Part shown: in pieces, positions 27,979-41,990 of the stretch
Layout: each line of letters begins with the position of its first letter
Position numbering within the stretch: position 1 is the stretch's first letter
From: the human T2T-CHM13v2.0 reference genome, Homo sapiens
Direction of reading: 5' to 3'
DNA: 64,000 bases
NCBI GenBank assembly: GCA_009914755.4
Contig: CP086569.2
Location: forward strand, 61,952,001 to 62,016,000
The notes under the pieces: generated by a model
Told to the model about the DNA's origin: nothing
The model's database searches: none
What the model saw: only the letters and a program-made list of their open reading frames with translations
Program-made: the position numbers and the translations under genes

Positions 27979-30900
27979 ACGAAATTTCAGGGAATGGAAT
28001 CAAACAGAATGGAATCAAATCAATGGAATCTAATCAAAAGGAATGGATAGGAATTAAAAGGAATAGATTCGATTGGAAGGGATTGGAATGCAATGGAATG
28101 GGAAGGACACGAATTTCATGAAACGGAATGGAATGGACTCGAATGGAATGGAATGTCATGGAATGGCATCAAATGGAATGGCATCAAATGGAATGGAATC
28201 GAATGCAATGGAATGTTATGGAATGGAATGGGATGCATTGGAATGAAATGTCCTCTAATGGAATGGATTCGAGTGGAATGGAATCGAATATAATGGAGTC
28301 GAATGAAATGGAATTGAAAGGAATGGGATCGAATAGAATGGAATATACTGGAATGTAATGTAATGAAGTCGAATGTAATTGACTGGAATGGAATGTACGT
28401 GAATGGAATGTAATCGAATGGAAAGTAATCCAATGGAATAGAATCTAATGCAATAAAATCGACTCGAATGGAATGGAATGGAATGGAATGGAATGCAGTG
28501 CAGTGGAACGGAATGGAATGGAATTCAATGGAGTGGAATGGAATGGAATGGAATGGAATGGGATGGAATGGTTTGGAATGGATAGTAATGGACTGGAGTG
28601 AAATGGACTGGAAAGGAATGGACTCAAATTGAAAGGGCTCGAAAGGAATGGAGTCAAATGGAATGATCTGAAATGGAATGAACTCGAATGTAATACAATC
28701 CAATAGAATGGAAACAAATGAAATGGAATTGAATGGAATGGAATTGAATGGAATGGGAACGAATGGAGTGAAATTGTATGGAATAGAAGAGAATAGAATG
28801 GAATACAAGGGAAAGGAAAGGAAAGGATTGGAATGGAATGGAATTCATTGGAATGGAAGGGAATGTAGTGTAATGGACAGGCCTGGAATAAACTGGAATG
28901 CTACGGTCTCGAATGGAATAAAAATGTATGGAATGGAATGCAATGAAACGGAATCGAATGTCATAGAATGTAATGGAATGCAAAAAAATGGACTCCAAAA
29001 TCATTGACTGGAAAGGCTGGGTGTCGAAAGGAATTGACTCCAATGGAATGGAATCGAATGGAATGGAAGTGAATAGAATCGAACTAAATCGAATGGAATG
29101 GAATTGATAGGAACGGAATGGAAAGGAATGGAATGATTTGGCATGGAATGGAATCGAATGGCATCGAATGGAATGGAATGGAATGAAATGGAATGGAATG
29201 TATTAGAATGTAATGAACTTTAATGGGATGTACTCGAATGGATTCGACTGGAATGGAATGTTCTGGAAGTGAATGGACTCCAATGGAATGGATTCGAAAG
29301 GAATGGAATCGAACGGAATGGAATCTAATGGAATGGAATTAAATGGAAAGGAATCAAATGGAATAGCACGGAATTGAATTGAATGGAATCAAATGCAATG
29401 GAATCTAATGAAACGGAAAGGAAAGGAATGGAATGGAATGGAATGGGCTGGAATGGAATGGAATCGAAACGAATGGAATGGAATCGAACTGCAGAGACTG
29501 CAATGGAATGTACTGGAATGCAAGGGAGTGTAATGGAAGGTTCTCGAAAAGAATGGAATCGAATGGAATGGAATTGAATGGAACGGAATAGAGTCGAATG
29601 GAATTGAATGGAATGGAATGGACTAGAGTGAAATGGAATCGAGTCACAAGGAATGGACAGGAATAGAATGGTCTCGAATTGAATGGAATCGTATGGAATG
29701 GCATCAAACGGAATGGAATGGACAGCCACGGAATGGAATGCACTCGAATGCAATGGAGTCGAAACTAATGGACTGGAATAGAATGGACTCGACTGGTACG
29801 GACTCCAATGGAATGGAATGGAATGGAAGGGAATCGAACGGAATGGACTCGAAGTGAAAAGACTGCAACGGAAAGGTTTCGAATGGAATGGAAATTAATG
29901 GAATGGAATGGAATCGAATGAAATGGAGTCAAAAGGAATGGAATCGAATGGCAAGGAATCGAATGTAATGGAATCGCAAGGAATGGATGTGAACGGAAAG
30001 GAATGGAATGGAATCAAAAGGAATGGAATAGAATGGAATGGAATAGAATGGAAAGGACTCGAATGGAAATCACTTGAATAGAATGAAATTTAATAAAATA
30101 GGATCAAATGTAATGGAATGGAATGGAAAGGAATCGAAACGAAAGGAATGGAGACAGATGGAATGGAAGGGAACAGAGAGCAATGGTATAGAATGGAATG
30201 GAATCATCTGGAATGGAATTGAATGGAATGGAATAATATGATATGGAATGGAATGGACTGGAATGTCCTTGAATTAAATGGACTGGAATGGAATGGACTC
30301 GAACAGAGTGGAATGGAAAGTGTTGAAATAGAATGGAATGGACTCCTTTGGAATGGTCTAGTATGCAAGGCAATCGACTGGCAGGGAATCAAAAGGAATG
30401 TAATCGAATGCTTTGGACTGGAATGCAATGGACTCGAATAGATAGGAAATGGAATGCAAAGGAATGGAATGGAATAGTATGGAATGGAATGGAATGGAAA
30501 GGAATGGAGTGAAATAGACTAGAGTGGAATGGAATGGACTCGAAAGCAATGGACTGGAATGGAACTTTCTTGAATGGACTGGAATCAAACGGAATGGAAT
30601 GCAATGCAATCAAATGGCATGGAATAAAATAGAATGAAAGAGAATCAAATGGAATTGAATCGAATGGAATCGAATGGATTGGAAAGGAATAGAATGGAAT
30701 GGAATGGAACTGACTCAAATGGAATGGACTAGAATGGAATGGAGTCGAATGGAAGGCAAAGGAATAGAATCTATTGGAATGGACTGTAATGGAATGGAAT
30801 GGAAGGGATTGGAATGGACTCGAATGGAATGGACTGCAATAGAAAGGATTCGAATGGAATGAAAAAGAATTGAATGGAATAGAACAGAATGGAATCAAAT

Positions 30901-31482
30901 CGAATGTAACGGAATGGAATTGAAAGGAATGGAATGAAATGGAATGGAAAGGATTCGAATGGAATGCAATCGAAGGGAATGCAATCGAATGGAATGGAAT
31001 CGAACGGAATGGAATAAAATGGAAGAAAACTGGCAAGAAATGGAATCGAAATGAATGGAGTGTTATGGAACGGACTCAAAAGCAATTGAATGTAATAGAA
31101 TGGAGTGGAGTGGACTCGAATATAATAGACTGGAATGGAATGGAATCACATGGAATGGGAACGAATGGAATGGAATGGAAAGGAATGGAATCGAATGGAA
31201 AGGAATCGAATGGAAGGGAATGAAATTGAATTAACAGGAATGGAAGGGAATAGAATAGACTGTAATGGAATGGACTCGAATAGAATGGACACGAATGCTC
31301 AAATTGAATGGACTCGTATAGAATGGAAACGAAAGGAATGTCATCGAATGGAATTGAATCGATTGGAATGAAATCGCATAGAATGGAGTGGAATCTAATG
31401 GAATTGAATCGAAAGTAAAGGAAGCGAATGGACTGAAATGGAATGGAATTGAATGGAAAGTAATGCAATGGAATGGAATGGA
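27979..31482. repeat. DYZ1-like HOR copy 9 (3504 bp); B-type of a ~7-kb dimer
   Basis: It shares variant ORFs with copy 11: 28116..28808, 28654..29043 and 29325..29753 match 35128..35820, 35666..36055 and 36337..36765. Confidence 0.8.
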
Positions 31483-34400
31483 ACGAAATTTCAGGGAATG
31501 GAATCAAACAGAATGGAATCAAATCAATGGAATATAATAAAATGCAATGGATAGGAATTAAAAGGAATAGATTCGATTGGAAGGGATTGGAATGCAATGG
31601 AATGGGAAGGACTCGAATTTCATGAAACGGAATGGAATGGACTCGAATGGAATGGAATGTCATGGAATGGCATCAAATGGAATGGCATCAAATGGAATGG
31701 AATCGAATGCAATGGAATGTTATGGAATGGAATGGGATGCATTGGACTGAAATGTCCTCTAATGGAATGGATTCGAGTGGAATGGAATCGAATATAATGG
31801 AGTCGAATGAAATGGAATTGAAAGGAATGGGATCGAATAGAATGGAATATACTGGAATGTAATGTAATGAAGTCGAATGTAATTGACTGGAATGGAATGT
31901 ACGTGAATGGAATGTAATCGAAAGGAAAGTAATCCAAAGGAATAGAATCTAATGCAATAAAATCGACTCGAATGGAATAGAATGGAATGGAATGGAATGC
32001 AGTGCAATGGAACGGAATGGAATAGAATGCAATGGAGTGGAATGGAATGGAATGGAATGGAATGGGATGGAATGGTATGGAATGGATAGTAATGGACTGG
32101 AGTGAAATGGACTGGAAAGGAATGGACTCAAATTGAAAGGGCTCGAAAGGAATGGAGTCAAATGGAATGATCTGGAATGGAATGAACTCGAATGTAATGC
32201 AATCCAATAGAATGGAAACAAATGGAATGGAATTGAATGGAATGGAATTGAATGGAATGGGAACGAATGGAGTGAAATTGTATGGAATAGAAGAGAATAG
32301 AATGGAATGCAAGGGAAAGGAAAGGAATGGATTGGAATGGAATGGAATTCATTGGAATGGAAGGGAATGTAGTGTAATGGACAGGCCTGGAATAAACTGG
32401 AATGCTACGGTCCGGAATGGAATAAAAATGTATGGAATGGAATGCAATGAAACGGAATCGAATGTCATAGAATGTAATGGAATGCAAAAAAATGGACTCC
32501 AAAATCATTGACTGGAAAGGCTGGGTGTCGAAAGGAATTGACTCCAATGGAATGGAATCGAATGGAATGGAAGTGAATAGAATCGAACTAAATCGAATGG
32601 AATGGAATTGATAGGAACGGAATGGAAAGGAATGGAATGATTTGGCATGGAATGGAATCGAATGGCATCGAATGGAATGGAATGGAATGCAATGGAATGG
32701 AATGTATTAGAATGTAATGAACTTTAATGGGATGTACTCGAATGGATTCGACTGGAATGGAATGTTCTGGAAGTGAATGGACTCCAATGGAATGGATTCG
32801 AAAGGAATGGAATCGAACGGTATGGAATCTAATGGAATGGAATTAAATGGAAAGGAATGAAATGGAATAGAACGGAATTGAATTGAATGGAATCGAATGC
32901 AATGGAATCTAATGAAACGGAAAGGAAATGAATGGAATGGAATGGAATGGGCTGGAATGGAATGGAATCGAAACGAATGGAATGGAATCGAACTGCAGAG
33001 ACTGCCATGGAATGTACTGGAATGCAAGGGAGAGTAATGGAAGGTTCTCGAAAAGAATGGAAACGAATGGAATGGAATTGAATGGAACGGAATAGAGTCG
33101 AATGGAATTGAATGGAATGGAATGGACTAGAGTGAAATGGAATCGAGTCACAAGGAATGGACAGGAATAGAATGGTCTCGAATTGAATGGAATCGTATGG
33201 AATGGCATCAAACGGAATGGAATGGACAGCCACGGAATGGAATGCACTCGAATGCAATGGAGTCGAAACTATTGGTCTGGAATAGAATGGACTCGACTGG
33301 TACGGACTCCAATGGAATGGAATGGAATGGAAGGGAATCGAACGGAATGGACTCGAAGTGAAAAGACTGCAACGGAAAGGTTTCGAATGGAATGGAAATT
33401 AATGGAATGGAATGGAATCGAATGAAATGGAGTCAAAAGGAATGGAATCCAATGGCAAGGAATCGAATGTAATGGAATCGCAAGGAATGGATGTGAACGG
33501 AACGGAATGGAATGGAATCAAAAGGAATGGAATAGAATGGAATGGAATCGAATGGAAAGGACTCGAATGGAAATCACTTGAATAGAATGAAATTTAATAA
33601 AATAGGATCAAATGTAATGGAATGGAATGGAAAGGAATCGAAACGAAAGGAATGGAGACAGATGGAATGGAATGGAAGAGACCGCAATGGTATAGAATGG
33701 AATGGAATCATCTGCAATGGAATTGAATGGAATGGAATAATATGATATGGAATGGAATGGAACGGAAAGCCCTTGAATTAAATGGACTGGAATGGAATGG
33801 ACTGGAACAGAGTGGAATGGAAAGTGTTGAAATAGAATGGAATGGACTCCTTTGGAATGGTCTAGTATGCAAGGCAATCGACTGGCAGGGAATCAAAAGG
33901 AATGTAATCGAATGGATTGGACTGGAATGCAATGGACTCGAATAGATAGGAAACGGAATGCAAAGGAATGGAATTGAATAGTATGGAATGGAATGGAATG
34001 GAAGGAATGGAGTGAAATAGACTAGAGTGGAATGGAATGGACTCGAAAGCAATGGACTGGAATGGAACTTTCTTGAATGGACTGGAATCAAACGGAATGG
34101 AATGCAATGCAATCAAATGGCATGGAATAAAATAGAATGAAAGAGAATCAAATGGAATTGAATCGAATGGAATCGAATGGATTGGAAAGGAATAGAATGG
34201 AATGGAATGGAACTGACTCAAATGGAATGGACTGGAATGAAATGGAGTCGAAAGGAAGGCAAAGGAATAGAATCTATTGGAATGGACTGTAATGGAATGG
34301 AATGGAAGGGATTGGAATGGACTCGAATGGAATGGACTGCAATAGAAAGGATTCGAATGGAATGAAAAAGAATTGAATGGAATAGAACAGAATGGAATCA

Positions 34401-34990
34401 AATCGAATGTAACGGAATGGAATTGAAAGGAATGGAATGAAATGGAATGGAAAGGATTCGAATGGAATGCAATCGAAGGGAATGCAATCGAATGGAATGG
34501 AATCGAACAGAATGGAATAAAATGGAAGAAAACTGGCAAGAAATGGAATCGAAATGAATGCAGTGTTATGGAACGGACTCAAAAGGAATTGAATGTAATA
34601 GAATGGAGTGGAGTGGACTCGAATATTATGGACTGGAATGGAATGGAATCACATGGAATGGGAACGAATGGAATGGAATGGAAAGGAAAGGAATCGAATG
34701 GAAAGGAATCGAATGGAAGGGAAGGAAATTGAATCAACAGGAATGGAAGGGAATAGAATAGACTGTAATGGAATGGACTCGAATAGAATGGACACGAATG
34801 CTCAAATTGAACGGACTCGTATAGAATGGAAATGAAAGGAATGTCATCGAATGGAATTGAATCGATTGGAATGAAATCGCATAGAATGGAGTGGAATCAA
34901 ATGGAATTGAATCGAAAGCAAAGGAAGCGAATGGACTGAAATGAAATGGAATGGAATTGAATGGAAAGTAATGCAATGGAATGGAATGGA
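31483..34990. repeat. DYZ1-like HOR copy 10 (3508 bp); A-type
   Basis: See copy 8. The offset between matching ORFs is 7011-7012 bp. Confidence 0.8.
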
Positions 34991-37900
34991 ACGAAATTTC
35001 AGGGAATGGAATCAAACAGAATGGAATCAAATCAATGGAATCTAATCAAAAGGAATGGATAGGAATTAAAAGGAATAGATTCGATTGGAAGGGATTGGAA
35101 TGCAATGGAATGGGAAGGACACGAATTTCATGAAACGGAATGGAATGGACTCGAATGGAATGGAATGTCATGGAATGGCATCAAATGGAATGGCATCAAA
35201 TGGAATGGAATCGAATGCAATGGAATGTTATGGAATGGAATGGGATGCAGTGGAATGAAATGTCCTCTAATGGAATGGATTCGAGTGGAATGGAATCGAA
35301 TATAATGGAGTCGAATGAAATGGAATTGAAAGGAATGGGATCGAATAGAATGGAATATACTGGAATGTAATGTAATGAAGTCGAATGTAATTGACTGGAA
35401 TGGAATGTACGTGAATGGAATGTAATCGAATGGAAAGTAATCCAATGGAATAGAATCTAATGCAATAAAATCGACTCGAATGGAATGGAATGGAATGGAA
35501 TGGAATGCAGTGCAGTGGAACGGAATGGAATGGAATTCAATGGAGTGGAATGGAATGGAATGGAATGGAATGGGATGGAATGGTTTGGAATGGATAGTAA
35601 TGGACTGGAGTGAAATGGACTGGAAAGGAATGGACTCAAATTGAAAGGGCTCGAAAGGAATGGAGTCAAATGGAATGATCTGAAATGGAATGAACTCGAA
35701 TGTAATACAATCCAATAGAATGGAAACAAATGAAATGGAATTGAATGGAATGGAATTGAATGGAATGGGAACGAATGGAGTGAAATTGTATGGAATAGAA
35801 GAGAATAGAATGGAATACAAGGGAAAGGAAAGGAAAGGATTGGAATGGAATGGAATTCATTGGAATGGAAGGGAATGTAGTGTAATGGACAGGCCTGGAA
35901 TAAACTGGAATGCTACGGTCTCGAATGGAATAAAAATGTATGGAATGGAATGCAATGAAACGGAATCGAATGTCATAGAATGTAATGGAATGCAAAAAAA
36001 TGGACTCCAAAATCATTGACTGGAAAGGCTGGGTGTCGAAAGGAATTGACTCCAATGGAATGGAATCGAATGGAATGGAAGTGAATAGAATCGAACTAAA
36101 TCGAATGGAATGGAATTGATAGGAACGGAATGGAAAGGAATGGAATGATTTGGCATGGAATGGAATCGAATGGCATCGAATGGAATGGAATGGAATGAAA
36201 TGGAATGGAATGTATTAGAATGTAATGAACTTTAATGGGATGTACTCGAATGGATTCGACTGGAATGGAATGTTCTGGAAGTGAATGGACTCCAATGGAA
36301 TGGATTCGAAAGGAATGGAATCGAACGGAATGGAATCTAATGGAATGGAATTAAATGGAAAGGAATCAAATGGAATAGCACGGAATTGAATTGAATGGAA
36401 TCAAATGCAATGGAATCTAATGAAACGGAAAGGAAAGGAATGGAATGGAATGGAATGGGCTGGAATGGAATGGAATCGAAACGAATGGAATGGAATCGAA
36501 CTGCAGAGACTGCAATGGAATGTACTGGAATGCAAGGGAGTGTAATGGAAGGTTCTCGAAAAGAATGGAATCGAATGGAATGGAATTGAATGGAACGGAA
36601 TAGAGTCGAATGGAATTGAATGGAATGGAATGGACTAGAGTGAAATGGAATCGAGTCACAAGGAATGGACAGGAATAGAATGGTCTCGAATTGAATGGAA
36701 TCGTATGGAATGGCATCAAACGGAATGGAATGGACAGCCACGGAATGGAATGCACTCGAATGCAATGGAGTCGAAACTAATGGACTGGAATAGAATGGAC
36801 TCGACTGGTACTGACTCCAATGGAATGGATTGGAATGGAAGGGAATCGAACGGAATGCACTCGAAGTGAAAAGACTGCAACGGAAAGGTTTCGAATGGAA
36901 TGGAAATTAATGGAATGGAATGGAATCGAATGAAATGGATTCAAAAGGAACGGAATCGAATGGCAAGGAATCGAATGTAATGGAGTCGCAAGAATGGATG
37001 TGAACGGAACGGAATGGAATGTAATCAAAGGAATGGAATAGAATGGAATGGAATCGAATGGAAAGGACTCGAATGGAAATCACTTGAATAGAATGAAATT
37101 TAATAAAATAGGATCAAATGTAATGGAATGGAATGGAAAGGAATCGAAACGAAAGGAATGGAGACAGATGGAATGGAATGGAACAGAGAGCAATGGTATA
37201 GAATGGAATGGAATCATCTGGAATGGAATTGAATGGAATGGAATAATATGATATGGAATGGAATGGACTGGAATGTCCTTGAATTAAATGGACTGGAATG
37301 GAATGGACTCGAACAGAGTGGAATGGAAAGTGTTGAAATAGAATGGAATGGACTCCTTTGGAATGGTCTAGTATGCAAGGCAATCGACTGGCAGGGAATC
37401 AAAAGGAATGTAATCGAATGGATTGGACTGGAATGCAATGGGCTCGAATAGATAGGAAACGGAATGCAAAGGAATGGAATGGTATAGTATGGAATGGAAT
37501 GGAAAGGAATGGAGTGGAATAGACTAGAGTGGAATGAAATGGACTCGAAAGCAATGGACTGGAATGGAACTTTCTTGAATGGACTGGAATCAAACGGAAT
37601 GGAATGCAATGCAATCAAATGGCATGGAATAAAATAGAATGAAAGAGAATCAAATGGAATTGAATCGAATGGAATCGAATGGATTGGAAAGGAATAGAAT
37701 GGAATGGAATGGAACTGACTCAAATGGAATGGACTAGAATGGAATGGAGTCGAATGGAAGGCAAAGGAATAGAATCTATTGGAATGGACTGTAATGGAAT
37801 GGAATGGAAGGGATTGGAATGGACTCGAATGGAATGGACTGCAATAGAAAGGATTCGAATGGAATGAAAAAGGATTGAATGGAATAGAACAGAATGGAAT

Positions 37901-38491
37901 CAAATCGAATGTAACGGAATGGAATTGAAAGGAATGGAATGAAATGGAATGGAAAGGATTCGAATGGAATGCAATCGAAGGGAATGCAATCGAATGGAAT
38001 GGAATCGAACGGAATGGAATAAAATGGAAGAAAACTGGCAAGAAATGGAATCGAAATGAATGGAGTGTTATGGAACGGACTCAAAAGGAATTGAATGTAA
38101 TAGAATGGAGTGGAGTGGACTCGAATATTATGGACTGGAATGGAATGGAATCACATGGAATGGGAACGAATGGAATGGAATGGAAAGGAATGGAATCGAA
38201 TGGAAAGGAATCGAATGGAAGGGAATGAAATTGAATCAACAGGAATGGAAGGGAATAGAATAGACTGTAATGGAATGGACTGAATAGAATGGACACGAAT
38301 GCTCAAATTGAATGGACTCGTATAGAATGGAAACGAAAGGAATGTCATCGAATGGAATTGAATCGATTGGAATGAAATCGCATAGAATGGAGTGGAATCA
38401 AATGGAATTGAATCGAACGCAAAGGAAGCGAATGGACTGAAATGAAATGGAATGGAATTGAATGGAAAGTAATGCAATGGAATGGAATGGA
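34991..38491. repeat. DYZ1-like HOR copy 11 (3501 bp); B-type
   Basis: See copy 9. The offset between matching ORFs is 7012 bp. Confidence 0.8.
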
Positions 38492-41400
38492 TCGAAATTT
38501 CACGGAATGGAATCAAACAGAATGGAATCAAATCAATGGAATATAATCAAATGGAATGGATAGGAATTGAATGGAATAGATTGGATTGGAATGGATTGGA
38601 ATGCAATGGAATGGGAAGGACTCGAATTTCATGAAACGGAATGGAATGAATTGGAATGGAATGGACTCGAATGGAATGGAATCAAATGGAATGGCATCAA
38701 ATGGAATGGAATCGAATGCAATGGAATGTTATGGAATGGAATGGGATGCATTGGAATGAAATGTCCTCTAATGGAATGGATTCGAGTGGAATGGAATCGA
38801 ATATAATGGAGTCGAATGAAAAGGAATTGAAAGGAATGGGATCGAATAGAATGGAATATACAGGAATGTAATGTAATGAAGTCGAATGTAATTGACTGGA
38901 ATGGAATGTACGTGAATGGAATGTAATCGAATGGAAAGTAATCCAATGGAATAGAATCTAATGCAATAAAATCGACTCGAATGGAATAGAATGGAATGGA
39001 ATGGAATGCAGTGCAATGGAACGGAATGGAATGGAATGCAATGGAGTGGAATGGAATGGAATGGAGTGGGATGGAATGGTGTGGAATGGATAGTAATGGA
39101 CTGGTGTGAAATGGACTGGAAAGTAGTGGACTGAAATTGAAAGGGCTCGAAAGGAATGGAGTCAAATGGAATGATCTGGAATGGAATGAACTCGAATGTA
39201 ATACAATCCAATAGAATGGTAACAAATGGAATGGAATTGAATGGAATGGAATTGAATGGAATGGGAACGAATGGAGTGAAATTGTATGGAATAGAAGAGA
39301 ATAGAATGGAATGCAAAGGAAAGGAAAGGAATGGATTGGAATGGAATGGAATTCAGTGGAATGGAAGGGAATGTAGTGTAATGGACAGGCCTGGAATAAA
39401 CTGGAATGCTACGGTCTCGAATGGAATAAAAATGTATGGAATGGAATGCAATGAAACGGAATCGAATGTCATAGAATGTAATGGAATGCAAAGAAACGGA
39501 CTCCAAAATCATTGACTGGAAAGGCTGGGTGTCGAATGGAATTGACTCCAATGGAATGGAATCGAATGGAATGGAAATGAATAGAATCGAACTAAATCGA
39601 ATGGAATGGAATTGATAGGAACGGAATGGAAAGGAATGGAATGATTTGGCATGGAATGGAATCGAATGGCATCGAATGGAATGGAATGGAATGCAATGGA
39701 ATGGAATGTATTAGAATGTAATGAACTTTAATGGGATGTACTCGAATGGATTCGACTGGAATGGAATGTTCTGGAAGTGAATGGACTCCAATGGAATGGA
39801 TTCGAAAGGAATGGAATCGAACGGAATGGAATCTAATGGAATGGAATTAAATGGAAAGGAATCAAATTGAATAGCACGGAATTGAATTGAATGGAATCGA
39901 ATGCAATGGAATCTAATGAAACGGAAAGGAAAGGAATGGAATGGAATGGAATGGGCTGGAATGGAATGGAATCGAAACGAATGGAATGGAATCGAACTGC
40001 AGAGACTGCAATGGAATGTACTGGAATGCAAGGGAGTATAATGGAAGCTTCTCGAAAAGAATGGAATCGAATGGAATGGAATTGAATGGAACGGAATAGA
40101 GTCGAATGGAATTGAATGGAATGGAATGGACTAGAGTGAAATGGAATCGAGTCACAAGGAATGGACAGGAATAGAATGGTCTCGAATTGAATGGAATCGT
40201 ATAGAATGGCATCAAACGGAATGGAATGGACAGCCACGGAATGGAATGCACTCGAATGCAATGGAGTCGAAACTAATGGACTGGAATAGAATGGACTCGA
40301 CTGGTACGGACTCCAATGGAATGGAATGGAATGGAAGGGAATCGAACGGAATGGACTCGAAGTGAAAAGACTGCAACGGAAAGGTTTCGAATGGAATGGA
40401 AATTAATGGAATGGAATGGAATCGAATGAAATGGAGTCAAAAGGAATGGAATCCAATGGCAAGGAATCGAATGTAATGGAATCGCAAGGAATGGATGTGA
40501 ACGGAACGGAATGGAATGGAATCAAAAGGAATGGAATAGAATGGAATGGAATCGAATGGAAAGGACTCGAATGGAAATCACTTGAATAGAATGAAATTTA
40601 ATAAAATAGGATCAAATGTAATGGAATGGAATGGAAAGGAATCGAAACGAAAGGAATGGAGACAGATGGAATGGAATGGAACAGAGAGCAATGGTATAGA
40701 ATGGAATGGAATCATCTGGAATGGAATTGAATGGAATGGAATAATATGATATGGAATGGAATGGAATGGAATGCCCTTGAATTAAATGGACTGGAATGGA
40801 ATGGACTGGAACAGAGTGGAATGGAAAGTGTTGAAATAGAATGGAATGGACTCCTTTGGAATGGTCTAGTATGCAATGCAATCGACTGGCAGGGAATCAA
40901 AAGGAATGTAATCGAATGGATTGGACTGGAATGCAATGGACTCGAATAGATAGGAAACGGAATGCAAAGGAATGGAATGGAATAGTATGGAATGGAATGG
41001 AAAGGAATGGAGTGGAATAGACTAGAGTGGAATGGAATGGACTCGAAAGCAATGGACTGGAATGGAACTTTCTTGAATGGACTGGAATCAAACGGAATGG
41101 AATGCAATGCAATCAAATGGCATGGAATAAAATAGAATGAAAGAGAATCAAATGGAATTGAATCGAATGGAATCGAATGGATTGGAAAGGAATAGAATGG
41201 AATGGAATGGAACTGACTCAAATGGAATGGACTAGAATGGAATGGAGTCGAATGGAAGGCAAAGGAATAGAATCTATTGGAATGGACTGTAATGGAATGG
41301 AATGGAAGGGATTGGAATGGACTCGAATGGAATGGACTGCAATAGAAGGGATTCGAATGGAATGAAAAAGAATTGAATGGAATAGAACAGAATGGAATCA

Positions 41401-41990
41401 AATCGAATGTAACGGAATGGAATTGAAAGGAATGGAATGAAATGGAATGGAAAGGATTCGAATGGAATGCGATCGAAGGGAATGTAATCGAATGGAATGG
41501 AATCGAAAGGAATGGAATAAAATGGAAGAAAACTGGCAAGAAATGGAATCGAAATGAATGGAGTGTTATGGAATGGACTCAAAAGGAATTGAATGTAACA
41601 GAAAGGAGTGGAGTGGACTCGAATATAATGGACTGGAATGGAATGGAATCACATGGAAAGGGAACGAATGGAATGGAATGGAAAGGAATGGAATGGAATG
41701 GAAAGGAAACGAATGGAAGGGAATGAATTTGAATCAACAGGAATGGAAGGTAATAGAATAGACTGTAATGGAATGGACTCGAATAGAATGGACACGAATG
41801 CTCAAATTGAATGGACTCGTATAGAATGGAAACGAAAGGAATGTCATCGAATGGAATTGAATCGATTGGAATGAAATCGCATAGAATGGAGTGGAATCAA
41901 ATGGAATTGAATCGAAAGGAAAGGAAGCGAATGGACTGAAATGAAATGGAATGGAATTGAATGGAAAGTAATGCAATGGAAAAGAATGGA
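38492..41990. repeat. DYZ1-like HOR copy 12 (3499 bp)
   Basis: Defined by landmark period. Confidence 0.8.
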
